25,195 bases of DNA from positions 1-25,195 of the IMG/VR virus record IMGVR_UViG_3300032218_000247; one strand, written 5' to 3'. The translations under genes were made by a program, and so were the position numbers. The notes under the pieces are model-generated. The model did not search any database and was not told the origin of the DNA. It saw only the letters and a program-made list of their open reading frames with translations. The number at the start of each line of letters is the position of its first letter. Positions within the stretch are counted from its first letter, which is position 1. This stretch comes from a virus (lineage: Duplodnaviria; Caudoviricetes). Below are positions 1 to 6,541 of this stretch, piece after piece.

Positions 1-525
1 CATGAAACCAGTGCCACCTTCGAGAACTTCGACGGGTTCATCGAGAGCGATTGAACCAGTGCCTTCCTTTGGATTGAAGACGTAGTCACCAACATAGCGT
101 TCCAGATTCTCTGGATTCTTGTCAGCAAAACCCTTATCGACTGCTCGCTTGATCTTTTCCCAAGCAATGCACTTCTTAGGATAAGGACCGCAAACGATAT
201 GCTTGTCGGAACCTTCAGCTGCGATAACAGAGAGAGCGATAACGTCGTTCGGATCGAAACCGATATCGGAATCGATGAACATAAGATGTGTGCAATCAGA
301 ACGCAAGAACTCGTCAACCAGATAGTTACGAGCGCGAGTGATTAGCGATTCATTGAAGAGATAGAAGAACCGAACGTCCATACCATAGTGCGTTGCAAGT
401 TGCGCGAGGTCAACCGATGACTTGGTATATTGACCACCGCAAGCACCACCATACATTGGGGTTGCTACGAAGATCTTCTTTTTGCGTAGTTCTTCAACTG
501 ATACTGAAATTTCCATTGATGCCAT
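1..525 (-). CDS. Glycosyltransferase (GT-A fold, family 2-like), 3' end runs off the window
   Basis: Not in the ORF track; translated by hand from ATG at 525 (GGAG RBS at 531-534): MASMEISVSVEELRKKKIFVATPMYGG...NESLITRARNYLVDEFLRSDCTHLMFIDSDIGF...VCGPYPKK...GTGFM. It has a DxD motif (DSD) and the ATPMYGG/RARN/GTGFM pattern of phage GT2-like proteins. Confidence 0.8.
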   Translation of the reverse strand, partial: MASMEISVSVEELRKKKIFVATPMYGGACGGQYTKSSVDLAQLATHYGMDVRFFYLFNESLITRARNYLVDEFLRSDCTHLMFIDSDIGFDPNDVIALSVIAAEGSDKHIVCGPYPKKCIAWEKIKRAVDKGFADKNPENLERYVGDYVFNPKEGTGSIALDEPVEVLEGGTGFM

Positions 526-566
526 GACGACTCCAAAATGTTATGATGTTATTATATAGCAAGAAG

Positions 567-806
567 TCAGAGAGATTCGGCAATCTCTGCTTGCTTTTTC
601 TTCCAGCGAATAACAGCTTGCTGTTTCTTCAGTCGGCGCTTGATGGAAGGTTTCGTAAAGTGTTCACGTTCAGAGAGATCACGCAGAAGGTTTTCACGCT
701 GAACTTTCTTCTTCAAAATGCGTAAAGCACCGTTCACATCATTATTGCGAACAGTGACAGAAATACCCTTGAGATGCTCCCAAGGTTCACGATTATCAGT
801 AGCCAA
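567..806 (-). CDS. rpsU: Phage-encoded ribosomal protein bS21
   Basis: VTVRNNDVNGALRILKKKVQRENLLRDLSEREHFTKPSIKRRLKKQQA matches the bS21 pattern (V.V..n.ve.ALR.lKkk...e......r..y.KPS.kRr.k...A). TTG start with GGAG at 813-816. Confidence 0.9.
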   Translation of the reverse strand: MATDNREPWEHLKGISVTVRNNDVNGALRILKKKVQRENLLRDLSEREHFTKPSIKRRLKKQQAVIRWKKKQAEIAESL

Positions 807-819
807 TTATAACTCCATT

Positions 820-852
820 AAAAGATAGGGAGGGGAATTGCTCCCCCTCCCT
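820..852 (-). terminator. Intrinsic terminator-like hairpin between the HTH gene and bS21
   Basis: Minus strand AGGGAGGGGGA-GCAA-TTCCCCTCCCT-ATCTTTT: 11-bp stem (one G-U), GNRA loop and an imperfect U tract. Confidence 0.65.
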
Positions 853-859
853 TATATAG

Positions 860-1132
860 TCACGCTGCGTGCGAGAAAGCCGAGGTGCCGAGAACTGCGT
901 AAGCAGCAGCAACCATTGCGCGTGAAGGCGTGCCGAGACGATACTTCATCGTGATCTCACCCTTCGAGTTTGTGCGCTCGTTCAGGTAAACAGCATGACC
1001 ACGCTCGCGGAGAGCGCGAACAACATCGTGCGGATTGCCAGCGCGGAAACGCGAGGAGATCTGAGCAGCGGTGAGTTCTTCACCATTCTGGAGAGCGGTG
1101 AGGACAGAATCAATCTTAGACATATTATACAT
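860..1132 (-). CDS. Small winged-helix/HTH-like DNA-binding protein
   Basis: VLTALQNGEELTAAQISSRF...VVRALRERGHAVY...KYRLG follows a wHTH pattern. GGAG RBS upstream; the start may be 1123 (MSKID). Confidence 0.6.
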   Translation of the reverse strand: MYNMSKIDSVLTALQNGEELTAAQISSRFRAGNPHDVVRALRERGHAVYLNERTNSKGEITMKYRLGTPSRAMVAAAYAVLGTSAFSHAA

Positions 1133-1161
1133 ACTCCATTTGAGTTGGGTTTAGTTTAGAC

Positions 1162-2364
1162 TCAGAAGGACACTTCCTGAGTCTTCTCCGACGCGACTTC
1201 TGTCGCAGGAGCTTCGGTGACGGGATTGATCGTAGGATCAACCTTCGCATAGAGATCAAGGAACGCAGTCTTTGTCTCTTCGTCAAAACGATTGATGCAC
1301 AGGCGGATAGCTTTCATGCGATCGCCGATCATGCGATACGTCTGTGCAATGTGAACAAGGCGACGAGTAGAGATAAGCTCGTCAATCGCGCCTTCGCTAA
1401 AAGTCTTGCGGATAATCTCTGACCAGACCGTGAGGTGCTCAATCAGTGATTTATCATCTTCAGTAAGTGTATCATCACTGAGGTAGTTTGTCAAGATCTT
1501 TTTCTCGATAGCAGGAGTAGGATATTCCTGCTCGATAGTGATCGGGAAACGCTCGAGCCAAGCATCGTCAAGCATAGTTGCAGCGACATAACGACCGTCG
1601 TCAGAACCACGACCCTTCGTGTTGGCGGTAACGATCACGTTGAAACCTTCAGCGGGAGTAACGATTTCACCCGTCTTCTTCATGAAGTAAGGCTTACCTT
1701 CGAGAATACCCTGCAAACACATAGCCTTGCCTGGATCAGCACGGTCAGCTTCGTCGATGAGAAGCAACGCACCGAGTTCCATCGCGCGAAGCACTGGACC
1801 CTTCATGAACTTAGTTTCACCGTCGATCAGGCGGAAACCACCGATCAGATCATCCTCGTCAGTTTCGCGAGACATCTGAACGCGGATCATTGGGCGCTTC
1901 ACTTTGGCACACACTTGCTCGACCATGAACGTCTTGCCGTTGCCAGAATGACCAGAGATGAACAGCGGAAAGAACTTGCCAGAAGCAACAATCTTCTCAA
2001 TCATCTTGAACTCACCGAACGGAACGTAGTGCTTATCCTTCGCAGGAACAGCGGCGTAGTCGTGTTCGGAAACTGCATTCGGGTCGAACTTCTTGGTAGC
2101 CACAGGAGCATCTTTACGGATCGGAACAATATCAGCAGCCATAGCCGCAAGGTTAGACGCATCAGTCTCATGATGCGGGAGTCTATACATCGCACGACCA
2201 GCACGATACGTCGGCTGGAATACCCAGTTAGAAGCTGATCCACGCATATCATTCGCTTCAGCCAAAGCGAGCAAATCTTTGTTGCTTACAGTAGCACCAG
2301 AACCAAAGGCTTTCGTAGCCAATTCAAGAAACTTCAACTGATCTGCCTTAAGCATTGCCATCAC
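1162..2364 (-). CDS. cobS: CobS-like MoxR-family AAA+ ATPase
   Basis: Walker A GHSGNGKT, Walker B LLLIDEAD, ETDEDDLIGG, TANTKGRGSDDGRY, LERFPITIEQEYP and ISTRRLVHI, typical of T4-like phage CobS. Exact start uncertain (2364/2361/2355). Confidence 0.88.
   Translation of the reverse strand: MMAMLKADQLKFLELATKAFGSGATVSNKDLLALAEANDMRGSASNWVFQPTYRAGRAMYRLPHHETDASNLAAMAADIVPIRKDAPVATKKFDPNAVSEHDYAAVPAKDKHYVPFGEFKMIEKIVASGKFFPLFISGHSGNGKTFMVEQVCAKVKRPMIRVQMSRETDEDDLIGGFRLIDGETKFMKGPVLRAMELGALLLIDEADRADPGKAMCLQGILEGKPYFMKKTGEIVTPAEGFNVIVTANTKGRGSDDGRYVAATMLDDAWLERFPITIEQEYPTPAIEKKILTNYLSDDTLTEDDKSLIEHLTVWSEIIRKTFSEGAIDELISTRRLVHIAQTYRMIGDRMKAIRLCINRFDEETKTAFLDLYAKVDPTINPVTEAPATEVASEKTQEVSF
1466..1494 (-). 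promoter_or_regulatory. Sigma70-type promoter inside cobS
   Basis: TTGACA-17 nt-TACACT with extended -10 TG, reading toward the HTH and bS21 genes. Confidence 0.55.
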
Positions 2365-2384
2365 CTTTCCTCATCATATAATAT

Positions 2385-2413
2385 ATTGTATCACGGCTTG
2401 ACTCAGTTGTCAA
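2385..2413 (-). promoter_or_regulatory. Early sigma70-type promoter for cobS
   Basis: TTGACA-ACTGAGTCAAGCCGTGA(17)-TACAAT, intergenic. Confidence 0.85.
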
Positions 2414-2415
2414 GC

Positions 2416-2571
2416 TCAAAGTCTCTCAATGGTCGGCTTGCCAACCAGCTTTGCGCCAAGAAGCAGGAGCTCACGCATGAACACAAACGCATCTTTCATA
2501 TAGCGAAACGTGGCTGATTGATCGCTCAACAGCTTATCTTCGCCCTTGATTGTGTATGATACCTTGAACAT
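2416..2571 (-). CDS. Small hypothetical protein (51 aa)
   Basis: Hand-translated MFKVSYTIKGEDKLLSDQSATFRYMKDAFVFMRELLLLGAKLVGKPTIERL*. It has a GAGGAG RBS and its own promoter and fills the gap exactly. Confidence 0.75.
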   Translation of the reverse strand: MFKVSYTIKGEDKLLSDQSATFRYMKDAFVFMRELLLLGAKLVGKPTIERL

Positions 2572-2601
2572 AGCCTTGTCTCCTCTTCCAACCATACTTA
2601 T

Positions 2602-2630
2602 ATTCTAGCACATTGGCTTCCAGTTGTCAA
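2602..2630 (-). promoter_or_regulatory. Early sigma70-type promoter
   Basis: TTGACA-ACTGGAAGCCAATGTGC(17)-TAGAAT; the -35 box overlaps the TGA stop of the upstream gene. Confidence 0.85.
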
Positions 2631-4930
2631 GCAGCAATTTTCTCGATGAACCGCCCAAGAATCACGCGGCTAGTTCCACGTTTGTTCTGAGCCGAGATAA
2701 ACGCCTTTGCAAGCTGACCTTTCTTCATATCCTTGGCTTCTTCGAACTTGGCTTGCTGCGCTTCGAGGTTTTTCCCGCCACGAATCAGATAGAACTCTTC
2801 GAAGTTCAACATCTTAGGAATAACGATAGAACCGCTCTTAGCCATAGAGTTTTTAGCCTTGTCTTGCTCAGTGTAAGGCAAATAGCGATAGATAGCATTG
2901 CGAATATCGTATGAGCTGTTTGCGATATAGAAGCCAATGAATCGTGCATTCTCAGACTCGCGCACCATGCGAGCGAACATACCAGTCACACCGATTCCAC
3001 CATCATTGAAGTTGATAGTCGTCTGCATGTGAGTTTCTTCATCGACAAAGATATTCGTGACAGTTTTTGAAGAATAATTCGGGAATGTATCAACCAGCAG
3101 CTGATTACCATATCCACGACGATTCGTAACATATGTCGAGTTATTGCTCTCACCGTCAGTGATGCAGATATAGTTCATGATCTGGATATTCTTTTCCTTG
3201 CGGAACTTGCGCATCAGATCACGAGACAAGAGAATCGCATCGTTGAGCGGAGTTCCACCCAACTTGAAATATTCCATATCATGGTGACCCATCTTAGCCG
3301 AGATCATGTTATAAGATGTCGTGTAGCCTTGAGCTTCAACATACTCGTCTGTTGCATTGCCGACAAAGTGTCCGTTCCCATAACGAGTGGATGAAACGAG
3401 CAACGAGCCAACCATCGTGTTGAAGTCTTTCAGGGACATTCCTTCATGGAACAGCTCCAGCAAATCGCAGTCACCGTCGGCAGGGAAAACGAAGTTCTTG
3501 TTGAGGCGAGCTGCAATCTTTTCTTTCAGTGCTTCGCGAACATCCCTGCGCTTCTTATCGTAAGGTATGACCGAAGTGAATCCATAGAAGCGATGCGGGA
3601 TACCGACACGGCGACAGAACATAGCCAGAGAGATCAGCTGATCCATCGCACCACGATAGCTCGGTGACATCGACCCAGACATATCGAGGATCGACACAAC
3701 ACCGTGATTCTTACCAGTCGGTTCGATAGAAAGGCGCTTAAAGATATCGTCGTTGAACTTATAGCTATGAAGCTTGTTCGTGTCGATCACGCCAGTCTTA
3801 GCTTGCTTCGAGCGAGAGTAAGCGATAGCAGCTTTCTTCACCTCAAACTCTTTGACCATATAGTTGATTGCTGCATTGTTTTCCATGCGGAACTTATTCA
3901 GCAGGAAAGTGCGATAGCCAGTCATGACAGATCCACCGTGAGCGAAGTCGCGTTCAACCCAACCAAGAACTTCTTTGTAGCTGTGAGTGAACGGTTCAAA
4001 CGCGAGGTCTTTAGGGAACATGATATAGCGAAATTCGCGACCAGTCAGCTTCTCGTCGAGCAGTTCTTCCATACGATCGTTCATAGCGCGATCGGTCATG
4101 GAGTCGAGCGAACCGTGTTCTAGTGGTTCAGGATTGCGACCGCCTTCTGAACCGTTCTGTCCGCCTTGCGCCTGATTTTCGTCAGAACCTTCTTGCTGTT
4201 CTGATTCTTCATCACCGTCACCGTCGTTGTCTTGCGACTCGTTGGCGTCGAAATCATCATGGCTAAACTCATCAGAATCTTCATCGCCAATCATGTCTTC
4301 CATGGCGGTAGTCTGCTGCTGTTCTTCCTCTTCGTTCTTCGCTTTGGCATAAGCGAGGATATCTTGAGCGAGCTTGATCACGTCATCGAACGTGATAGTC
4401 TGTTCAGCACGACGCACGAACGCACGCTCTTCATCCGTAAAGTTGATACGGATGCGCGTGCCAAGTTTGAAGTAGAGGTTGATGCGGTCGATCAGCGTCA
4501 TCGCGTCGACGTCTTTTGCTTTGACACCAAAGAAATCTTGATCGTGCAACCAGTTGTATCCGTCGATGAAATCTTTGCGCGATCCAGGGAACTTATTCTT
4601 GATCTTGCGCTCGATGCGGGCATCTTCCACAACATTCAAGTAGCCTTGAAACGTCTGCGCTGTGCGACCACCATCTTCTTCTTTCACTTTGTCGATGGAA
4701 CCTTTCCAACCTTCAGCTGGAGTATCCAAAGCGTGACCGACTTCATGAAGAACGAGCATGTGATACAGAGACTCGGTCATCTCCTTCCACATCGGCAGAG
4801 CGAGGACACGATTCTTCACGTCGAAGTAAGCCGTCTTGATTGGCTTGTGTTCGATCATAATGTTTTCTGCTGCAAGCAGCTTGGCAAGCTTGTCGAGCGC
4901 GCCAGGAGTTACCATCTTCGTGTCAGCCAT
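2627..4930 (-). CDS. Metallopeptidase-like (HExxH) plus VWA domain protein, CobT-like partner of CobS
   Basis: N-terminal TAYFDVKNRVLALPMW...HEVGH...NVVEDARIE, an acidic low-complexity linker, then MIDAS motif LDMSGSM with GGTPLN and ITDGES. Start placed at ATG 4930 behind GGAGAG (ORF track uses 4945). Confidence 0.85.
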   Translation of the reverse strand: MADTKMVTPGALDKLAKLLAAENIMIEHKPIKTAYFDVKNRVLALPMWKEMTESLYHMLVLHEVGHALDTPAEGWKGSIDKVKEEDGGRTAQTFQGYLNVVEDARIERKIKNKFPGSRKDFIDGYNWLHDQDFFGVKAKDVDAMTLIDRINLYFKLGTRIRINFTDEERAFVRRAEQTITFDDVIKLAQDILAYAKAKNEEEEQQQTTAMEDMIGDEDSDEFSHDDFDANESQDNDGDGDEESEQQEGSDENQAQGGQNGSEGGRNPEPLEHGSLDSMTDRAMNDRMEELLDEKLTGREFRYIMFPKDLAFEPFTHSYKEVLGWVERDFAHGGSVMTGYRTFLLNKFRMENNAAINYMVKEFEVKKAAIAYSRSKQAKTGVIDTNKLHSYKFNDDIFKRLSIEPTGKNHGVVSILDMSGSMSPSYRGAMDQLISLAMFCRRVGIPHRFYGFTSVIPYDKKRRDVREALKEKIAARLNKNFVFPADGDCDLLELFHEGMSLKDFNTMVGSLLVSSTRYGNGHFVGNATDEYVEAQGYTTSYNMISAKMGHHDMEYFKLGGTPLNDAILLSRDLMRKFRKEKNIQIMNYICITDGESNNSTYVTNRRGYGNQLLVDTFPNYSSKTVTNIFVDEETHMQTTINFNDGGIGVTGMFARMVRESENARFIGFYIANSSYDIRNAIYRYLPYTEQDKAKNSMAKSGSIVIPKMLNFEEFYLIRGGKNLEAQQAKFEEAKDMKKGQLAKAFISAQNKRGTSRVILGRFIEKIAA

Positions 4931-4954
4931 GTCTCTCTCCATCACTATTTAATA

Positions 4955-4983
4955 ATGATACTCCAATGGCGTTCAATTGTCAA
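4955..4983 (-). promoter_or_regulatory. Early sigma70-type promoter
   Basis: TTGACA-ATTGAACGCCATTGGAG(17)-TATCAT. Confidence 0.8.
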
Positions 4984-5149
4984 GCACCCATTCAACGTCG
5001 AACTCCCACATGGTCGTGGCTTCGTTGAGCGTGGGATTAGTAAGCAGTTTCTTGCCATAACGATCGCGGTAGAACAAAGCCAGTTTCCTAGCTCCACCTT
5101 CCGTGAAAGCTGAAAACGTCTTGATCGTGGTCTTTGGTTTTCTAGCCAT
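4973..5149 (-). CDS. Small basic hypothetical protein (58 aa)
   Basis: Hand-translated MARKPKTTIKTFSAFTEGGARKLALFYRDRYGKKLLTNPTLNEATTMWEFDVEWVLDN*. AAGGTG RBS; starts 1 nt after the upstream TGA. Confidence 0.7.
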   Translation of the reverse strand: MARKPKTTIKTFSAFTEGGARKLALFYRDRYGKKLLTNPTLNEATTMWEFDVEWVLDN

Positions 5150-5150
5150 A

Positions 5151-5276
5151 TCACTTCACCTTGCAAAAGAGAACGAACGCCGCCACACCGAAACCGACTT
5201 CCCATGACTGATAAGCCATAGAGATGAGGACAGCTCCGCTGAGTAAAGTCACGGTGAGTAGAAAGTTCTTGATCAT
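5151..5276 (-). CDS. Small membrane protein (41 aa)
   Basis: Hand-translated MIKNFLLTVTLLSGAVLISMAYQSWEVGFGVAAFVLFCKVK*. ATGA overlap with the upstream stop; two hydrophobic segments. Confidence 0.65.
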   Translation of the reverse strand: MIKNFLLTVTLLSGAVLISMAYQSWEVGFGVAAFVLFCKVK

Positions 5277-5674
5277 TTCACAAGATCTTTCTTCAGTTCC
5301 TCGACCGCCCACTTACCGATATCGGTAAACAGAACGCCGCGTCCCCAGACCCAGAATTCAATTTCCTGGACCGTGAGCGTATCTGTATCCTCGAACTCAA
5401 CTGGCGTCATGTAACGCAGCGCTTCAGCTTGGCTGACGTTGCCAGTCTTCATGATTTCATGCAGTTCGCATTCGAACTCAGCGGCAGCCAAGAGCTCCTC
5501 TTGGTGCTCTCTCGCTGCACGGCGATCAGCCACGTCCAGCAGATCGTCCCACTCGCGCTGGCGCTCTTCGTCGCCAGATTCATTCCAGCACTGCCACCAG
5601 AACGAGCTAGGACGGCAGCCGTGGGCTTCCTTATGGAGATCAGAAACAATTTGGGCGTCGAACGTATAAGCCAT
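5273..5674 (-). CDS. Hypothetical early protein
   Basis: MAYTFDAQIVSDLHKEAHGCRP... behind an AAGGA RBS and its own promoter. The SDLHK-x3-G-x-RP motif recurs in phage hypotheticals. Confidence 0.75.
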   Translation of the reverse strand: MAYTFDAQIVSDLHKEAHGCRPSSFWWQCWNESGDEERQREWDDLLDVADRRAAREHQEELLAAAEFECELHEIMKTGNVSQAEALRYMTPVEFEDTDTLTVQEIEFWVWGRGVLFTDIGKWAVEELKKDLVK

Positions 5675-5698
5675 GATATTTCCTTTCATCATATTGCC

Positions 5699-5727
5699 AT
5701 TCTAGCTACTTTGGCGGTGATTGTCAA
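5699..5727 (-). promoter_or_regulatory. Early sigma70-type promoter
   Basis: TTGACA-ATCACCGCCAAAGTAGC(17)-TAGAAT. Confidence 0.85.
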
Positions 5728-5732
5728 GCCCC

Positions 5733-6086
5733 TTAGAGCGCACCCGTCCAACGGACGCGATCCAACTTGCCATTCAGCACGTTTCCACGGGCGAAGTTTT
5801 TGGCGGGAGCTTTCCAGCTCGCGGCTTTGAGAATGTCGCCACGCTTGAACTGGGCATCGTCGTTCAGCATGATGAACGAGTGGACGCTGGTGTTACCGCC
5901 AGCCTGACCCGTGATCACCTTGATAAACTTGCGATGGATTTCGTAGCTGATGCCAGCATCGAACTCGCGAACCATTTCGTCACGGATGCTATCATTGCCG
6001 CGGGGACGGTGCCAGCCAGCATAGTCTGCCTTGACATGGTCAAGATACTTTTGAATGGCGGCTTCCATATCAGATGCGATTTTCAT
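5733..6086 (-). CDS. Conserved T4-like phage hypothetical protein
   Basis: RKFIKV...SVHSFI...GDILKAASWKAPAKNFARGNV motif seen in T4-like phage early proteins; AAGGA RBS. Confidence 0.8.
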   Translation of the reverse strand: MKIASDMEAAIQKYLDHVKADYAGWHRPRGNDSIRDEMVREFDAGISYEIHRKFIKVITGQAGGNTSVHSFIMLNDDAQFKRGDILKAASWKAPAKNFARGNVLNGKLDRVRWTGAL

Positions 6087-6335
6087 ATCAGTTTTCCTTA
6101 GGCTGCGTTGTTGAGAATGTCGGAAGCGAGGTCTTCGCTACCAGTCAGATCAGCGAGATCGTCGAGGATGCCGTCGAAAGAGAAGTATCCATTGCCGCAG
6201 TGGCGCTCAATGGCAATCTTCTGGAGATCTGCAACTCGCGAGTCATTGTGGTCTGTCAAGAAGCCGTGAGCAAGAGCCGACGAGCAAAGATTGACATACA
6301 TTTGGGCTTCATGGATATTCATATCAGTTTTCCTT
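6082..6335. repeat. 18-bp exact direct repeat covering RBS and start codon (6082-6099, 6318-6335)
   Basis: TTCATATCAGTTTTCCTT occurs twice (minus strand AAGGAAAACTGATATGAA). Confidence 0.9.
6098..6322 (-). CDS. Hypothetical early protein (74 aa)
   Basis: ORF with AAGGA RBS directly behind promoter 6355-6383. Confidence 0.75.
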   Translation of the reverse strand: MNIHEAQMYVNLCSSALAHGFLTDHNDSRVADLQKIAIERHCGNGYFSFDGILDDLADLTGSEDLASDILNNAA

Positions 6336-6354
6336 CAACTCAGCTTATATTATG

Positions 6355-6383
6355 ATTGTATATGACTTGCCGCTGATTGTCAA
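6355..6383 (-). promoter_or_regulatory. Early sigma70-type promoter
   Basis: TTGACA-ATCAGCGGCAAGTCATA(17)-TACAAT, with an A/T tract upstream at 6398-6404. Confidence 0.85.
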
Positions 6384-6397
6384 GGCGGGCTGGGCAT

Positions 6398-6452
6398 AAA
6401 AAAACCCTAGCAACAGCAAGGGCTTACAGCTAAGCCATTGACATTACTAGGG
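6398..6452 (-). terminator. Long hairpin plus U7, probable terminator of the upstream operon
   Basis: Minus strand CCCTAGTAATGTCAATGGCTTA-GCTG-TAAGCCCTTGCTGTTGCTAGGG-TTTTTTT; 20 of 22 positions pair allowing G-U. Confidence 0.65.
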
Positions 6453-6466
6453 AATCTTTTTAGGCT
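6438..6466 (+). promoter_or_regulatory. Possible plus-strand sigma70 promoter, antisense to the DruA-like gene
   Basis: TTGACA-TTACTAGGGAATCTTTT(17)-TAGGCT. Confidence 0.4.
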
Positions 6467-6499
6467 TTTGGAGGCTTTTTTGTATCAAATTCTGTTAAT

Positions 6500-6528
6500 C
6501 GGGTGTATTCGGGTGTAAAAACGGGTGT
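6500..6528. repeat. Three CGGGTGT direct repeats
   Basis: CGGGTGT starts at 6500, 6510 and 6522 in an AT-rich intergenic stretch. Confidence 0.8.
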
Positions 6529-6541
6529 GTAACAAACTCTA

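Noticed and set aside
551-860. CTATATAA on the minus strand upstream of bS21 (852-859) and the glycosyltransferase (552-559) as promoters
   Set aside because: It is not the TATAAATA consensus and has no -35 at proper spacing; a variant late promoter is possible but unsupported.
1162-2364. cobS as a cobalamin-biosynthesis auxiliary gene
   Set aside because: There is no cobN or other cob gene in the window, and the partner is a peptidase-VWA protein, so a MoxR chaperone role fits better.
4232-5113. 293-aa plus-strand ORF and the other plus-strand ORFs in the track
   Set aside because: They are antisense shadows of well-supported minus-strand genes, with no RBS, motifs or linked promoters.
4945-5205. 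86-aa minus-strand ORF in the track
   Set aside because: It runs across a promoter, and the interval is better explained by two coupled small genes (4973-5149, 5151-5276).
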